Shown: piece after piece, positions 26,797 through 37,170 of the stretch
How positions within the stretch are numbered: position 1 is the first letter of the stretch
Layout of the letters: each line of letters begins with the position of its first letter
Source of the DNA: an uncultured Candidatus Saccharibacteria bacterium
Lineage (GTDB): Bacteria; Patescibacteriota; Minisyncoccia; UBA6257; JAGOQP01
Direction: 5' to 3'
Length of the DNA: 64,000 nt
Assembly: GCA_964420205.1 (NCBI GenBank)
Contig: CAYQSO010000002.1
Span: forward strand, 7,765-71,764
Made by a program: the position numbers and the translations under genes
Notes under the pieces: generated by a model
Seen by the model: the letters and a program-made list of their open reading frames with translations, nothing else
Told to the model about the DNA's origin: nothing
Databases searched by the model: none

Positions 26797-27207
26797 TTAT
26801 AAACTCCTTATTATATTTGTTATTTTATTTAAAGCGTCTTCAAATTTTTTCTTATAGTATTCTTGACAATCATTTAATCCGTAATTTTCGCTTACTATAT
26901 TAGACCAATGTAAAGGGCTGGTGATTAGCTCTATTTCATAACTATCATCCAAGTCTATCCCATTATCAGAAAAAGCATCTTCCCTAATATCAATGTAAAT
27001 ACCTTTTTCAGAGCTTAAAATCTTATGAAAGTATTCTGCCCCTAATGCACATGAGCTGTGCCCATACCTATAAAATGGGAACGTAACTTCGATTTCTTTT
27101 GTTTGAGTAACAGTTTCTTTAATTTTAATCTTTTGTTTCATCCCTAGTACCTTTCTTATTGTTCCAATACACCTTGTTAGAAAATAACATAAATAAAGGA
27201 ATTCCAC
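26797..27207 (-). CDS. hypothetical protein
   Basis: 136-aa ORF. Confidence 0.3.
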   Translation of the reverse strand: MEFLYLCYFLTRCIGTIRKVLGMKQKIKIKETVTQTKEIEVTFPFYRYGHSSCALGAEYFHKILSSEKGIYIDIREDAFSDNGIDLDDSYEIELITSPLHWSNIVSENYGLNDCQEYYKKKFEDALNKITNIIRSL

Positions 27208-27409
27208 TCCTATAAGCTAAGTTATAACATCTTACAAAACCAAGGTCAAACCCTGCTCCAAACATTAACATTACTTAATCCTTTAGGTCGTACCGTTTAT
27301 TTAACTTGCTTTTATCTTCTAGAATATCGTCCATCCACCTACCCTCGAGTAAAACCTCTTCTAGATATTCGTCTAATTCTTCATTTATTGGTTTATATTC
27401 TTCCATTAT

Positions 27410-27658
27410 TTATTCTTCTCTAATAATTCTTTTAAGATATTTTGATTTAATTTGTATAGTCAATATATTTTCTAAAAACTTTTCGCTAAGTTTAGTTCTT
27501 TTTTCTACTATGTTTAACAGTCCCTCCGAATCACTATCCTCTAGCACACCTATATTATCTACTAGATCTTCAAAAACAACACCAAACTTACTATTCAAAT
27601 CTTGGGAACTTTTTAAATACCCACTTAGTTCTTGACTTAGGGAATTATATTCTTCCAT
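27410..27658 (-). CDS. hypothetical small acidic protein
   Basis: 82-aa ORF. Confidence 0.25.
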   Translation of the reverse strand: MEEYNSLSQELSGYLKSSQDLNSKFGVVFEDLVDNIGVLEDSDSEGLLNIVEKRTKLSEKFLENILTIQIKSKYLKRIIREE

Positions 27659-27661
27659 TAT

Positions 27662-27988
27662 TTAGTCCTTAACTGTAAACTCAAATATTGTAAACATTGT
27701 TTCATCACCTATGTCAGAGTATATTTCTGTTAAAACCTCTTCTAGCTCTCTTTTGTCCTGAAAACCGTCATTTTCAGCATCTTGATTTGTTAGAGAAAAT
27801 AAAGTTTTAAATTCTAATCTATCTAAGGTTGCATAAGCAATATCTTCTTCAAAATTATCATTACTGTCTCTTAACGCTTTTAAGACTAAATCCCTACTTT
27901 CAGGGATTCTTACTCCTTTTCGAATAGTAGTAAATTTTTCTCCTGATAAAGTCATTTGAAAATATTCATCTTTAAATAATAATTCCAT
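27662..27988 (-). CDS. hypothetical small acidic protein
   Basis: 108-aa ORF. Confidence 0.25.
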   Translation of the reverse strand: MELLFKDEYFQMTLSGEKFTTIRKGVRIPESRDLVLKALRDSNDNFEEDIAYATLDRLEFKTLFSLTNQDAENDGFQDKRELEEVLTEIYSDIGDETMFTIFEFTVKD

Positions 27989-28007
27989 TACCTATTCCCC
28001 AATCTTT

Positions 28008-28829
28008 TTAATAACTCTTAGTTTGAAATCCACTAGCTTTTACATGTCCGCCACCACCGTATTTCTCAGCTAACTTAGAACAGTTTATGTTATCTTTCTT
28101 AGTATAAATAGAAATAGTGTATTGCTGCCCATCATAGAAGAAAGGCATCATCAAATCAAAGTCTTCCTTTACACTGTCAAATAACTTACTCGACGTTTTC
28201 GCTACGTTACAGCAAACTGCTTTATGTCCCTCAAACTCTGCAAAAAACCCAACAGCTTCTATAACCTCTTTATATAACTCAGTTCTATATTGTAAAGCAT
28301 TCCTACCCTTCCCCAATACTTCTTTTAAGCCGTTCCCAAAAACCCAACTCAACCAATTATTACTATTCGGTGAAGTATCAAACAAAACTAAACCCGCTTG
28401 TAAAACATCTAATTGTTTTCCATACTTACCAAAATCCCAGACATCATAATGTCCTACCATTTCTACTGCTTTTGGAACTTTAACATTTGGATTATAATAT
28501 TCCCATGTTAACATGCAACCGGCAGTACCATCTCTTCTTATACCATCAAGAGTTTTGTTCTCTTCTTTATTTTTATTAATCGCTGAAATATGGTGATCAA
28601 TCCATACCACATTTTTAGTAATATCTAATAGTTTTTTAAACTCCCCTTCCTTTTGTAAAGAGAAATCTACTATTATTACTTCTTCATCTTTCTTTATTTT
28701 ATCGAATGGAAAATCTTTATTATAATCCATTTCTATAAGATCGTTATTTTTTACTTTATTTATATTTGCTCTATAAGCTATAAATGCAGAGCATCTTCCA
28801 TCTGCATCATTATGATAAAATATCTTCAT
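28008..28829 (-). CDS. DHH-DHHA1 family phosphoesterase (NrnA/RecJ-core-like)
   Basis: N-terminal HNDADGRCSA (DHH motif I region), WIDHHIS (DHH) and C-terminal GGGGH (DHHA1). Confidence 0.7.
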   Translation of the reverse strand: MKIFYHNDADGRCSAFIAYRANINKVKNNDLIEMDYNKDFPFDKIKKDEEVIIVDFSLQKEGEFKKLLDITKNVVWIDHHISAINKNKEENKTLDGIRRDGTAGCMLTWEYYNPNVKVPKAVEMVGHYDVWDFGKYGKQLDVLQAGLVLFDTSPNSNNWLSWVFGNGLKEVLGKGRNALQYRTELYKEVIEAVGFFAEFEGHKAVCCNVAKTSSKLFDSVKEDFDLMMPFFYDGQQYTISIYTKKDNINCSKLAEKYGGGGHVKASGFQTKSY

Positions 28830-28894
28830 AATTATTTTCTCCTTTCCTTCAGATTATTATAATCTCTCTATTATATTTTTGTCAACTACTCTGT

Positions 28895-30760
28895 TTATAT
28901 TTTCCAACTATATTCTCCATTAGGTTTTTTCAAAATGTTAATTAGAGACACACTACCATTTCTGTATATTATAGCAGAGCTATTCAACCACGTAGATGGT
29001 CCATGATTATAACCCATCCTCAATTTAGATAAGGTTCCTGTTTGGACTACATTCCTATGTATTCTAGGGGAGTGTGAGTGTCCTATAATTGCTTTAGGAT
29101 AGCACTTTTCTATATTTACAGCAGAACCTCTAGCTCCATTTGGTCCTAAAAAACCATGATTAGCACACTGCCACCCTTTTACACAATAGTCCTCATCGAA
29201 ATCTAACCACCTCATACTTATATTGTCTGATAAACCTACCTTTTCCTCCAATGTATACTGTAATGGATTCTTACCCTCCATATAAGCTTTACATATATCT
29301 AAAGCATAATAGCAATTTTGAGCATCATTAAGAAAACGACCATCCTCAATATAGCGTGTCAAGAAAGCGTCGTGGTTGCTTCTTATCACTACTACTTCCC
29401 CATCAATCCAACTACCAACATCCTCTAGATACTCTGCTGTTTGTATACACTCTTTTTCCAAGGACCCTACCCCATTTATAGCATTAGTCGCTCTTATAAT
29501 AGGTTTACTGTAGGTGTGGTGTGATATAGAACCCCCCTCAAACAAGTCATGGAGTAATACAGAATTTGTATTAGTCTCGTAAACTATTTCTTTCATTATT
29601 TCGTGAACTTCATCATCTTTTTCAGAAGCGTGAGAATCCCCAAAAACCATAACAGAGTCTTCCAAATATTCTATAGAGCCATCAGAAAAATACTCTGTAT
29701 TAATATCACAAAAACTTTCAGATTCCTCTATATACTGTATTTGTCTAAAATGAAAAATTTCTTCATCTTCAACTTCTACTACTACTGCACTTACCTTATG
29801 ATCCTGATCTGCAAGCTTGGAAAGCCGTTTACTCATATAAAAATCTGTTTCATAATTATTTACTGTGATTGCACCTGTACTCATTATAGCAATAGGGACT
29901 TTATTATTCCCCGTCGGAACAAACTCAAGAAATTGCTTCGGCGATGCTAAAACCATTGACCCTCTTCCTTGTCCCAATCTAGAAAGCCCTCTAGTAGGGA
30001 GTAGAAATTTCGCACTCACCTTAATATCACTGATAAAAATATTATTATTTAAATAAGTATCTTTAAATACCACGTAACCTAAATCTCTTAATTTTGGATC
30101 TAAGTCCCATTGACATGGCGATTTTCTATTACAAACATCCTCACAAGGTAAAATAAGAGTAAGTGCTTTTTGTCTCTTAGCGTAGTTCTGTAAAGTTTTA
30201 TAAAATCCTTCGTGTACTTTCTTACCGGATACTGCTGTAGTTATTACAAACCTCTTGTATTTTTTAACCTCTTTTCGAAACACTGTATTATAGTCCTCCG
30301 TAAAAGATGTCTCATTAAATACTAGTTTTTTTATTTCTTTATTCTTTTCTGCTGTCTCATTAAAAAGTTCTATAATAGAATTGAAATGTTTCCTTATTGT
30401 TCTCCTATCAATCATAGAATAAGTGACAAATTCCTCTAATGACGGAATTCTATTTAATTCCTTAATATAGTCTGAGAAAACCTCTATTATCGAATCTTTT
30501 TCTACTAAAATCTCATCTTTCTTTTCTCTGTTTTCTTTTATAATTATTGGCTTAGGAAAAAATAGATTTAACGCATTCCTGTAACCCCCGATCTGGAATA
30601 AGTTATCTTTATGTAAATATACAATTTTGTTTTCCAGGCACGTTCTACAATACTCGTCTCTCTTAATACGCCATGGTTCTTTTTTAAGTATTTTAGCTAC
30701 CTCTTGTAAAGACTCTTTAAAAATACACGTCAATTCTTGTAAATTACTACTTCTTACCAT
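28895..30760 (-). CDS. large protein with C-terminal calcineurin-like metallophosphoesterase domain
   Basis: C-terminal third has VMVFGDSHAS, LLHDLFEGG, IRSNHDAF and GHSHSP motifs (GDxH / GNH[DE] / GHxH); the N-terminal 350 aa are unassigned. Confidence 0.5.
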   Translation of the reverse strand: MVRSSNLQELTCIFKESLQEVAKILKKEPWRIKRDEYCRTCLENKIVYLHKDNLFQIGGYRNALNLFFPKPIIIKENREKKDEILVEKDSIIEVFSDYIKELNRIPSLEEFVTYSMIDRRTIRKHFNSIIELFNETAEKNKEIKKLVFNETSFTEDYNTVFRKEVKKYKRFVITTAVSGKKVHEGFYKTLQNYAKRQKALTLILPCEDVCNRKSPCQWDLDPKLRDLGYVVFKDTYLNNNIFISDIKVSAKFLLPTRGLSRLGQGRGSMVLASPKQFLEFVPTGNNKVPIAIMSTGAITVNNYETDFYMSKRLSKLADQDHKVSAVVVEVEDEEIFHFRQIQYIEESESFCDINTEYFSDGSIEYLEDSVMVFGDSHASEKDDEVHEIMKEIVYETNTNSVLLHDLFEGGSISHHTYSKPIIRATNAINGVGSLEKECIQTAEYLEDVGSWIDGEVVVIRSNHDAFLTRYIEDGRFLNDAQNCYYALDICKAYMEGKNPLQYTLEEKVGLSDNISMRWLDFDEDYCVKGWQCANHGFLGPNGARGSAVNIEKCYPKAIIGHSHSPRIHRNVVQTGTLSKLRMGYNHGPSTWLNSSAIIYRNGSVSLINILKKPNGEYSWKI

Positions 30761-30887
30761 TTAAATTCCTCTATTTAATTAAATACTTTTATATTTTAAT
30801 GTATTTTACTCAACGAGTACCCAATTAAAGAATTGTTTTATATTTAATAAATCCCCTGAGACAACTCTTCCATACACCCAAAAAACA

Positions 30888-31148
30888 TTAAACAATAACC
30901 CATCCTTTATTCCCAAAATAATTAAGTAAACTATTCCTATCTTTTGTTTCATATACTTCTAAATAGGTACCGTTATCTTGCATTATTGCTAATCCATAAG
31001 ATAATACCCCCATTTCTAATTCACTGCCACTAGTTTCTTTAGGATAAGATAAACACTTATATGTTATTTTAGCACACGGAATAGTAATTGTGAAGCTTTT
31101 ATGAGAAATTTTATTTAATAATCCGTGAAAATCTATACTATTTTTCAT
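30888..31148 (-). CDS. hypothetical protein
   Basis: 86-aa ORF. Confidence 0.25.
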   Translation of the reverse strand: MKNSIDFHGLLNKISHKSFTITIPCAKITYKCLSYPKETSGSELEMGVLSYGLAIMQDNGTYLEVYETKDRNSLLNYFGNKGWVIV

Positions 31149-31485
31149 TATAAAATCTTTCTAATATATCATCTGTTATTTTTCTAACTGTGATTGAATA
31201 AGAATACAAATTAAACATATTAATTAAACTTAAATGTTCGAAGTACACGTGTACTACCTTATTACTTTTAAACAAGACAATAATTTTATATTTAAGTGTT
31301 CGATGATCATAGTCTACTGCTACATAATCTATAATATTCTTACTTCTTAAATAATATTTTAAATATTTAAGAAGTCTATCTACTTCGTTAAACTTTTTCC
31401 AACTCTGTTTATGTTCTACTTCAATAGAACTGAACCAACATAAAATATCTTCTTTTATTTTATTGAAACTTAAACTTATTCTCAA
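31138..31485 (-). CDS. hypothetical protein
   Basis: 115-aa ORF. Confidence 0.3.
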   Translation of the reverse strand: MRISLSFNKIKEDILCWFSSIEVEHKQSWKKFNEVDRLLKYLKYYLRSKNIIDYVAVDYDHRTLKYKIIVLFKSNKVVHVYFEHLSLINMFNLYSYSITVRKITDDILERFYNEK

Positions 31486-31847
31486 CCTAATTCTATCCCA
31501 TTATCGTTATAAAATTCTATCGCAGAAGAAATAGCGTCCTCCATTTTTTCTACATCATCTGTCCTATAACCCTTTTCAATAATATAATAAAGTTCTTTTA
31601 TTAATTTGTATTGCCTATTAGCCTCATCTATATAAGATTCCATATCATTTATTGTAAAATTTAAATCATCTATTTTTTCTTCTAACTCATCTATTTCTGA
31701 CACTAAATCTTGAGAAAAACCACGTCCCGTTTCTAATTTTACTCGTTTTTCTAAACATTCAAAAGAACAGTAAAAATCTCCATTATATTTAATAGAGTTC
31801 TCGTCTATTCTTGGAGAGTAACATGTATTACATAAACTTATTATCAT
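31482..31847 (-). CDS. hypothetical zinc-ribbon/coiled-coil protein
   Basis: CNTCYS...CSFEC cysteines; 121 aa. Confidence 0.3.
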   Translation of the reverse strand: MIISLCNTCYSPRIDENSIKYNGDFYCSFECLEKRVKLETGRGFSQDLVSEIDELEEKIDDLNFTINDMESYIDEANRQYKLIKELYYIIEKGYRTDDVEKMEDAISSAIEFYNDNGIELG

Positions 31848-31848
31848 C

Positions 31849-32115
31849 TTATCCTTTTATATTTAATTTACTACCAGTATGTTTATTATACAAATTATTT
31901 TGTTTATTAAATAGTATATCCTCTACCTTATGCTTCATTTTATTGTGCCATGCTAACACACTCTGTCTTTCCGTCTTTTGTGGATTAAAAAATGTTACTT
32001 CGCTTTTATTAGTTGACAACATCTCTTTTAATCCTCGAATTTCACCTTCACTAAATTTAAGATAAAGTGGGATATTTAAAGAATTTAAACTACTATAGCC
32101 TACTCTTACTTCCAC
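31849..32115 (-). CDS. hypothetical protein
   Basis: 88-aa ORF. Confidence 0.25.
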   Translation of the reverse strand: MEVRVGYSSLNSLNIPLYLKFSEGEIRGLKEMLSTNKSEVTFFNPQKTERQSVLAWHNKMKHKVEDILFNKQNNLYNKHTGSKLNIKG

Positions 32116-32125
32116 TTACTTACCT

Positions 32126-32947
32126 CTATTCTTCTATCTCATTTGAATCTGGTTCAGCAAAACACATGTTTTCTTTCTTAGGTTTTAAACCACAACTTTT
32201 AAATTCATTACAGTACCCTAAAGAAAAACATTTAGGTTTAAGATACGGTTTAAGCCAATTCTCCTTTTTTAAAACCTCTAATGCCATTTCCTTAACCAAC
32301 GCCCTAATTTCTTGTTGAGCATTATTACACATTCTTAAGTTACATAAATGTATCAATGCTTGTAAATTACACGTAACTACTACATTTGTTTTGAAATTTA
32401 ACCCTAAAATACCCCTAGCATCTTCTGCTTTTACCCCCCTTTGAACAAGTTGTCTATAACTCAGCATGCTGTTAAAACAGGCTACTTTATATAATTCTAG
32501 TTGTTCCTCAGTTTTAAGATTGGGTATTACATAATACTTTTCTACGTCTACTTTTTTTAACGTTTCAAAATCAAACTCAACATATCTCATTGACTGTTGA
32601 GAGTAAGCAAACCCTGCAATATGCCTTTCTAACTGATTAATACAAGCCCTACTTACACCACTTAATGTAAATACAAAATTAATATGTCTAAGTACTGATA
32701 AATGCCCAGAATTAATAACCTTATTTACAAGAGATAAAACTTTTTTAGTATTTACTTTATTTACTTTTTCACAAGTACCTAACTCAAATAATAGACAAAT
32801 AGGATCGTGTTCACTTGTGCAATCTTTACAAGGGTTAATAACTTCTTCAAAGATTGCTTCAGGCGTTTGTTCTGAATAACACGTCCTACACGCTGTATAT
32901 ATTATTTCTTTTAAATTATTTGGTTTACTTATTAATTTTACTTCCAT
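32126..32947 (-). CDS. thyX: flavin-dependent thymidylate synthase ThyX
   Basis: ThyX signature RHxxxSxxxxSxRY present as LERHIAGFAYSQQSMRYV; 273 aa. Confidence 0.85.
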   Translation of the reverse strand: MEVKLISKPNNLKEIIYTACRTCYSEQTPEAIFEEVINPCKDCTSEHDPICLLFELGTCEKVNKVNTKKVLSLVNKVINSGHLSVLRHINFVFTLSGVSRACINQLERHIAGFAYSQQSMRYVEFDFETLKKVDVEKYYVIPNLKTEEQLELYKVACFNSMLSYRQLVQRGVKAEDARGILGLNFKTNVVVTCNLQALIHLCNLRMCNNAQQEIRALVKEMALEVLKKENWLKPYLKPKCFSLGYCNEFKSCGLKPKKENMCFAEPDSNEIEE

Positions 32948-32956
32948 CCTATTCTC

Positions 32957-33802
32957 CTACTTTATGAAATGCAGATAACCTGTTTTAGGTTTCCACTTTA
33001 TTACATCGAAAGCGCTATTATGTAAAAAATAATGCAGCCCCGTAGAATCTACAATCCCATGCCCATTTTCACTTACGTATAGGGCGATAGGTTCGTTTAT
33101 CTTCTCTACTACACTACTATCTTTTAAATATACTCTGTAACTTTCTGAAGATATGTCAGTAAATTCTAAACCAGACTTATTTATTAAGTCTTCAAACTTT
33201 AAAGTGTTTTCAACAGATTTTTGCTTTACACTTGGTGGTCTTTCCTCTGAACAATCTTTTGGCGGTTCATTTGTTCCAAATTTTTCTTTTTTAAATTCAG
33301 TTAAATAATCCCTCCGAGAATCATTCAGCACATGAACGTTATCACTTAACTCAGAGTTTGTAAAATTCCCAATACTTAAAATATTATCAGAGTTTTTTAA
33401 TTCCAGGGCGTCAGCAGCTTTTTGTGCTAATTCAGATTCTAACTTTAACTCTTCTTGGGGGTCATACCTATGTGCCCTAATTTCAAGTTTACCGTCTATT
33501 ACATATGTATAGGTTTCATCCCAATCCCCAGACTTTTCTCTTCTATTACTCACATCTTCTACATTTTCAAACATCACTGTGTTAAAAGATATGGGATAAT
33601 CTTTCTTTCCTGAAGAGTAATGGTAAGAATAAATTTCTTTTAGATAAACTCCAGAGTTGCTTCTCCCTATTCTTATGGGTTCTGAAACTTCATATTCTTC
33701 ACCTTCTTTTAAGAACTTATTTGCGTATTTTCTCTCGCTATCATACCCATTTTTATTATGATAACGTACTTTATCACCTATTCTTGTTTTATAAATATCC
33801 AT
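32957..33802 (-). CDS. hypothetical protein
   Basis: 281-aa ORF with no motif. Confidence 0.3.
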   Translation of the reverse strand: MDIYKTRIGDKVRYHNKNGYDSERKYANKFLKEGEEYEVSEPIRIGRSNSGVYLKEIYSYHYSSGKKDYPISFNTVMFENVEDVSNRREKSGDWDETYTYVIDGKLEIRAHRYDPQEELKLESELAQKAADALELKNSDNILSIGNFTNSELSDNVHVLNDSRRDYLTEFKKEKFGTNEPPKDCSEERPPSVKQKSVENTLKFEDLINKSGLEFTDISSESYRVYLKDSSVVEKINEPIALYVSENGHGIVDSTGLHYFLHNSAFDVIKWKPKTGYLHFIK

Positions 33803-33804
33803 CT

Positions 33805-34116
33805 CTATCCTCTTTTATAGCAATCCATTAAATAAGTATAGTCCATGTCACTACAATCCCCTTTATCTGACCAAAAAGACCAGTCTACAGTGTCGTCTCT
33901 TTGTAATACAACACTATCATCTTTAGCCCAATTTTCTATAAAATCCCACTCTACTTTAGAAAACTCGTCTGCTCTATCGAAAAAATTTCTCGGTCTCCAG
34001 TTAGGTATTTTAAAAACATGCATTATGTCGGGGAAAACACTACCTATAAAGCTACCTTTACCTAAGTGTAGGACTTCTTTTATATTTGGTTTTACTAAAT
34101 AAAATTCTGTTGCCAT
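33805..34116 (-). CDS. hypothetical protein
   Basis: 103-aa ORF. Confidence 0.3.
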   Translation of the reverse strand: MATEFYLVKPNIKEVLHLGKGSFIGSVFPDIMHVFKIPNWRPRNFFDRADEFSKVEWDFIENWAKDDSVVLQRDDTVDWSFWSDKGDCSDMDYTYLMDCYKRG

Positions 34117-34363
34117 TTTTATTCCATTGTCTATAAAATTAAATAAAATAAGTTTACTTCCTAATATGTCTTTATTCCTCGTAAGGGTATTTCTTTATGT
34201 TTAACCAAGTCCTTAAATCTTCAAAACAGTCCCAACAAATATAACACAATGTATCTGTTGAAAATCCCGAATCTAATAGTAACCTTGGTTTTCTGTAGTC
34301 ATTTTTTTAACTCTTTTCCACACTTAAGACAATTTTCTTTTAACATAATTAATCTCCTATTTA

Positions 34364-35056
34364 CTAAAAATCTGCCTCTCCAATTATTCTACAAAAAGCG
34401 TCTTGCACACTTTCACCGTTCTTCATTTTTCTGCTGAACCCAACAACCCCGCCTTTCCAACTTCCCTTATCACTCCCTATTTCCCTATCAAATTCTATGT
34501 TAAGATCTTGTATTACTCTTTTCGGAAACAATTTCCAAATACCTAATTTCTTTAGAATTCTCCAACTACCTATCCATCTTTCCATTGAACAAGTCGCTAC
34601 TGCTTTCTGATTTAATACATCTTCTGGTAAATGTTCTTTCCACGATGGTAAGCAGTATCTTAAACCAAATTGCCATGTCTTTAATCTATTCTCTTTAAAC
34701 CAATAACGTTCTTTCTCTGTTAAATTCTCCCAGTTTTCCTCTTCTATAATGTCTTCCTTCCACATACCATTTACTGTATAATACTCTTTCGCTACTTGCT
34801 CTATCATCCACGGCATATAAAATATTCGCCAGTTCTGTGGTATCTCTTTACCTATTGGTTTAAAACCTTCACAAACTCCCCAATGAACATATAAACTACC
34901 ATTATCATAAGATACCTCATATTTGTATGTAAGTAACCTATCTAATGATTTAGACACTGGAATGTACCACTTATCATTTATTTTTAAGCACCAAGGGGCT
35001 TTTTGCCCCACGATGCTCTTTTTCGTATAATTAACTAATGCAATACCAAATTTCAT
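34364..35056 (-). CDS. hypothetical Trp-rich protein
   Basis: 230-aa ORF. Confidence 0.3.
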   Translation of the reverse strand: MKFGIALVNYTKKSIVGQKAPWCLKINDKWYIPVSKSLDRLLTYKYEVSYDNGSLYVHWGVCEGFKPIGKEIPQNWRIFYMPWMIEQVAKEYYTVNGMWKEDIIEEENWENLTEKERYWFKENRLKTWQFGLRYCLPSWKEHLPEDVLNQKAVATCSMERWIGSWRILKKLGIWKLFPKRVIQDLNIEFDREIGSDKGSWKGGVVGFSRKMKNGESVQDAFCRIIGEADF

Positions 35057-35251
35057 TTAAAACTCCTAAACCTACAAAACAAACACTTTATTTTCTTTAT
35101 CTTCCTCTAACATGTCGGGTAAATGAAAACTACAACTATAAGTCAATTCGTAAGGTTTATTTTGATATTGAATTTCGAATTCTGCTTTTCTATTACATTT
35201 TTCATAACAACAAACTAAAGTATCTTTCATAATTTACTCCTCTTATAACTA

Positions 35252-36727
35252 CTAATCGTTAATTATCTCACCACCATCATCTAACTGTTTTTTAAACCAA
35301 TCAGGTTTAGAATTATTAATAGAAGTATTTTGATCTACTGCACCTACTACTTCTTTTCCATCTACCATAGAACCAAAAACCGTTGGTAATTGAATTCCAG
35401 CTTGTTTAGCTAAGTCCTGCATTTGTGGAATCGTACCCATAATATCTCTTGCAAGACCTGAAATAAGACCCTGACCATCTTTTCCACTACTATTTCCAGA
35501 ATCCCAAATAGTAAGTTTATCAATTTTAAGATTTTCAAGAGCTTTAACCTGTTCTTTAATAATAGGTTCAATCTTATCAAGCATTAAATATCCGTTTGCC
35601 ATTGCAGGGTTTCCTCCAGCAGCTTCTACTAGCTTTTTATAACCATCTGCTTGCGCTTTCAGAACCTTCTCAATACCATCTGCTTCTGCATAATACTTAG
35701 CTTTTACAGCGTCTGCCTCGCCTTGAGCTATTCTACGAATTCTCTCTGCTTCTGCTTCTGCTTGTACTGCTATTTTCTGTTTCTCAATTTCTTCTCTTAC
35801 AACTTCTTCTTTTTCTAAGCGAGCTTTTTCTGTAAGTTTCTGTGCCTCTGCTACAGCTTTCTCTGCTTCTGCCTTTGCTATGTCACCTTTTCTCATAGTT
35901 TCAGCTTCCTTAATCTTTAACTGAGCATTTGTTTCAGCAATCACCATTTTAGAAGTATTCTCACCTTCTACAGCAGTTGCATTTAATTCAGCAGTTTTTA
36001 TCCTCCTTTCCTGTTCTGCTCCCACCTGACCAATATTTGTCTGAGCCATTTGCTGTGCCACTTCAACTTCTCTACCTCTTACAGCTTTTGCCTCTCCTGT
36101 AGCACCGAACTGTTCCTGTTGTGCAACTTCTACTCTTGCTTTGTTTATTGCTTCTGAGGCCGCTTTCTTGCCTATGGCTTCAATATAACCAGACTCATCT
36201 GTGATATCTGTTATATTTACATTAATAAGACTTAATCCAATTTTATTAAGTTCTTCTTCTACATTAGTATTGATTTGGTTTAAGAATTTTTCTCTATCTT
36301 GATTAATTTCTTCTATAGTTAAAGTTGCTGCTACTAACCTTAGTTGGCCAAATATAATATCCCTAGCCTGTTCTACTATTTCCTTTTCTGAAAAATCTAA
36401 CAATCTTTCTGCTGCATTCTGCATAAGTTCATCTTTTGTTGACACTGCAAAAGTAAACGTAGAAGGAATATTAATTCTAATATTCGTCTTAGATAAAGCT
36501 CCTTTAAGGTCAATATCAGCTACCATAGGATGTAATGATAAGTACCCGTAGTCTTGTAAAATAGGAATTACGAATTTACCACCACCATGATAACTCTGAG
36601 CAGATTTACTACCTGTTTTACCAAAAACTACTAAAATCTGATTAGAAGAACAACGTTTATACTGCGCTATAAAAACAGTAGATGCTACTCCTAATCCACC
36701 TAAACCAAATAAACTTTCTAAAATCAT
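35252..36727 (-). CDS. flotillin-like SPFH/band-7 membrane protein (FloT/YuaG-like)
   Basis: N-terminal membrane anchor (LFGLGGLGVASTVFIA), SPFH domain and a long Glu-Ala-rich coiled coil (AKAEAEKAVAEAQK...AVQAEAEAERIRRIAQGEADA) characteristic of flotillins. Confidence 0.7.
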   Translation of the reverse strand: MILESLFGLGGLGVASTVFIAQYKRCSSNQILVVFGKTGSKSAQSYHGGGKFVIPILQDYGYLSLHPMVADIDLKGALSKTNIRINIPSTFTFAVSTKDELMQNAAERLLDFSEKEIVEQARDIIFGQLRLVAATLTIEEINQDREKFLNQINTNVEEELNKIGLSLINVNITDITDESGYIEAIGKKAASEAINKARVEVAQQEQFGATGEAKAVRGREVEVAQQMAQTNIGQVGAEQERRIKTAELNATAVEGENTSKMVIAETNAQLKIKEAETMRKGDIAKAEAEKAVAEAQKLTEKARLEKEEVVREEIEKQKIAVQAEAEAERIRRIAQGEADAVKAKYYAEADGIEKVLKAQADGYKKLVEAAGGNPAMANGYLMLDKIEPIIKEQVKALENLKIDKLTIWDSGNSSGKDGQGLISGLARDIMGTIPQMQDLAKQAGIQLPTVFGSMVDGKEVVGAVDQNTSINNSKPDWFKKQLDDGGEIIND

Positions 36728-36739
36728 TTTGTACTCTCT

Positions 36740-36860
36740 CTTTCTTTTTAATGTGTATTTTACTAACTATTAACTTACTTAATGTATATTATATTAACTA
36801 TTAATTTTTTAAAACCTATTATACCTGTTATTAATGTTCCTGAAACCCTTATAGAGTATA
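36740..36860 (-). promoter_or_regulatory. AT-rich promoter-like region with duplicated TTAATAGTTA motif upstream of the flotillin gene
   Basis: Minus-strand reading ...TTTTAAAAAATTAATAGTTAATATAAT...TTAATAGTTAGTAAAAT... gives two -10-like hexamers (TATAAT, TAAAAT), each preceded by TTAATAGTTA. Confidence 0.25.
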
Positions 36861-36865
36861 TTATA

Positions 36866-37090
36866 TTATATTTCTTTTAATTTATTTTGCATAAGTAATA
36901 TTTCTTCTACGAACAAATCTCTCATATCTTTCTCATTTCTAAAATTATAAATTTTAACTACACCTGACTTATATACTATAGATACTATATAATCTGTTTT
37001 ATCTAAAAACTCACCAAAATCAATATCTACTTCCATTGAAAGTATCTCATCTATATCTATATAATAATCACTACAAATCTCAGTTAGCAT
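36866..37090 (-). CDS. hypothetical small protein
   Basis: 74-aa ORF. Confidence 0.25.
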   Translation of the reverse strand: MLTEICSDYYIDIDEILSMEVDIDFGEFLDKTDYIVSIVYKSGVVKIYNFRNEKDMRDLFVEEILLMQNKLKEI

Positions 37091-37170
37091 ACTACTATCC
37101 TAATTTCTCCATATTAATACAAATCTACATCTAAATAATCACATTGTTCACGTATTTCGTCATCTATAGA

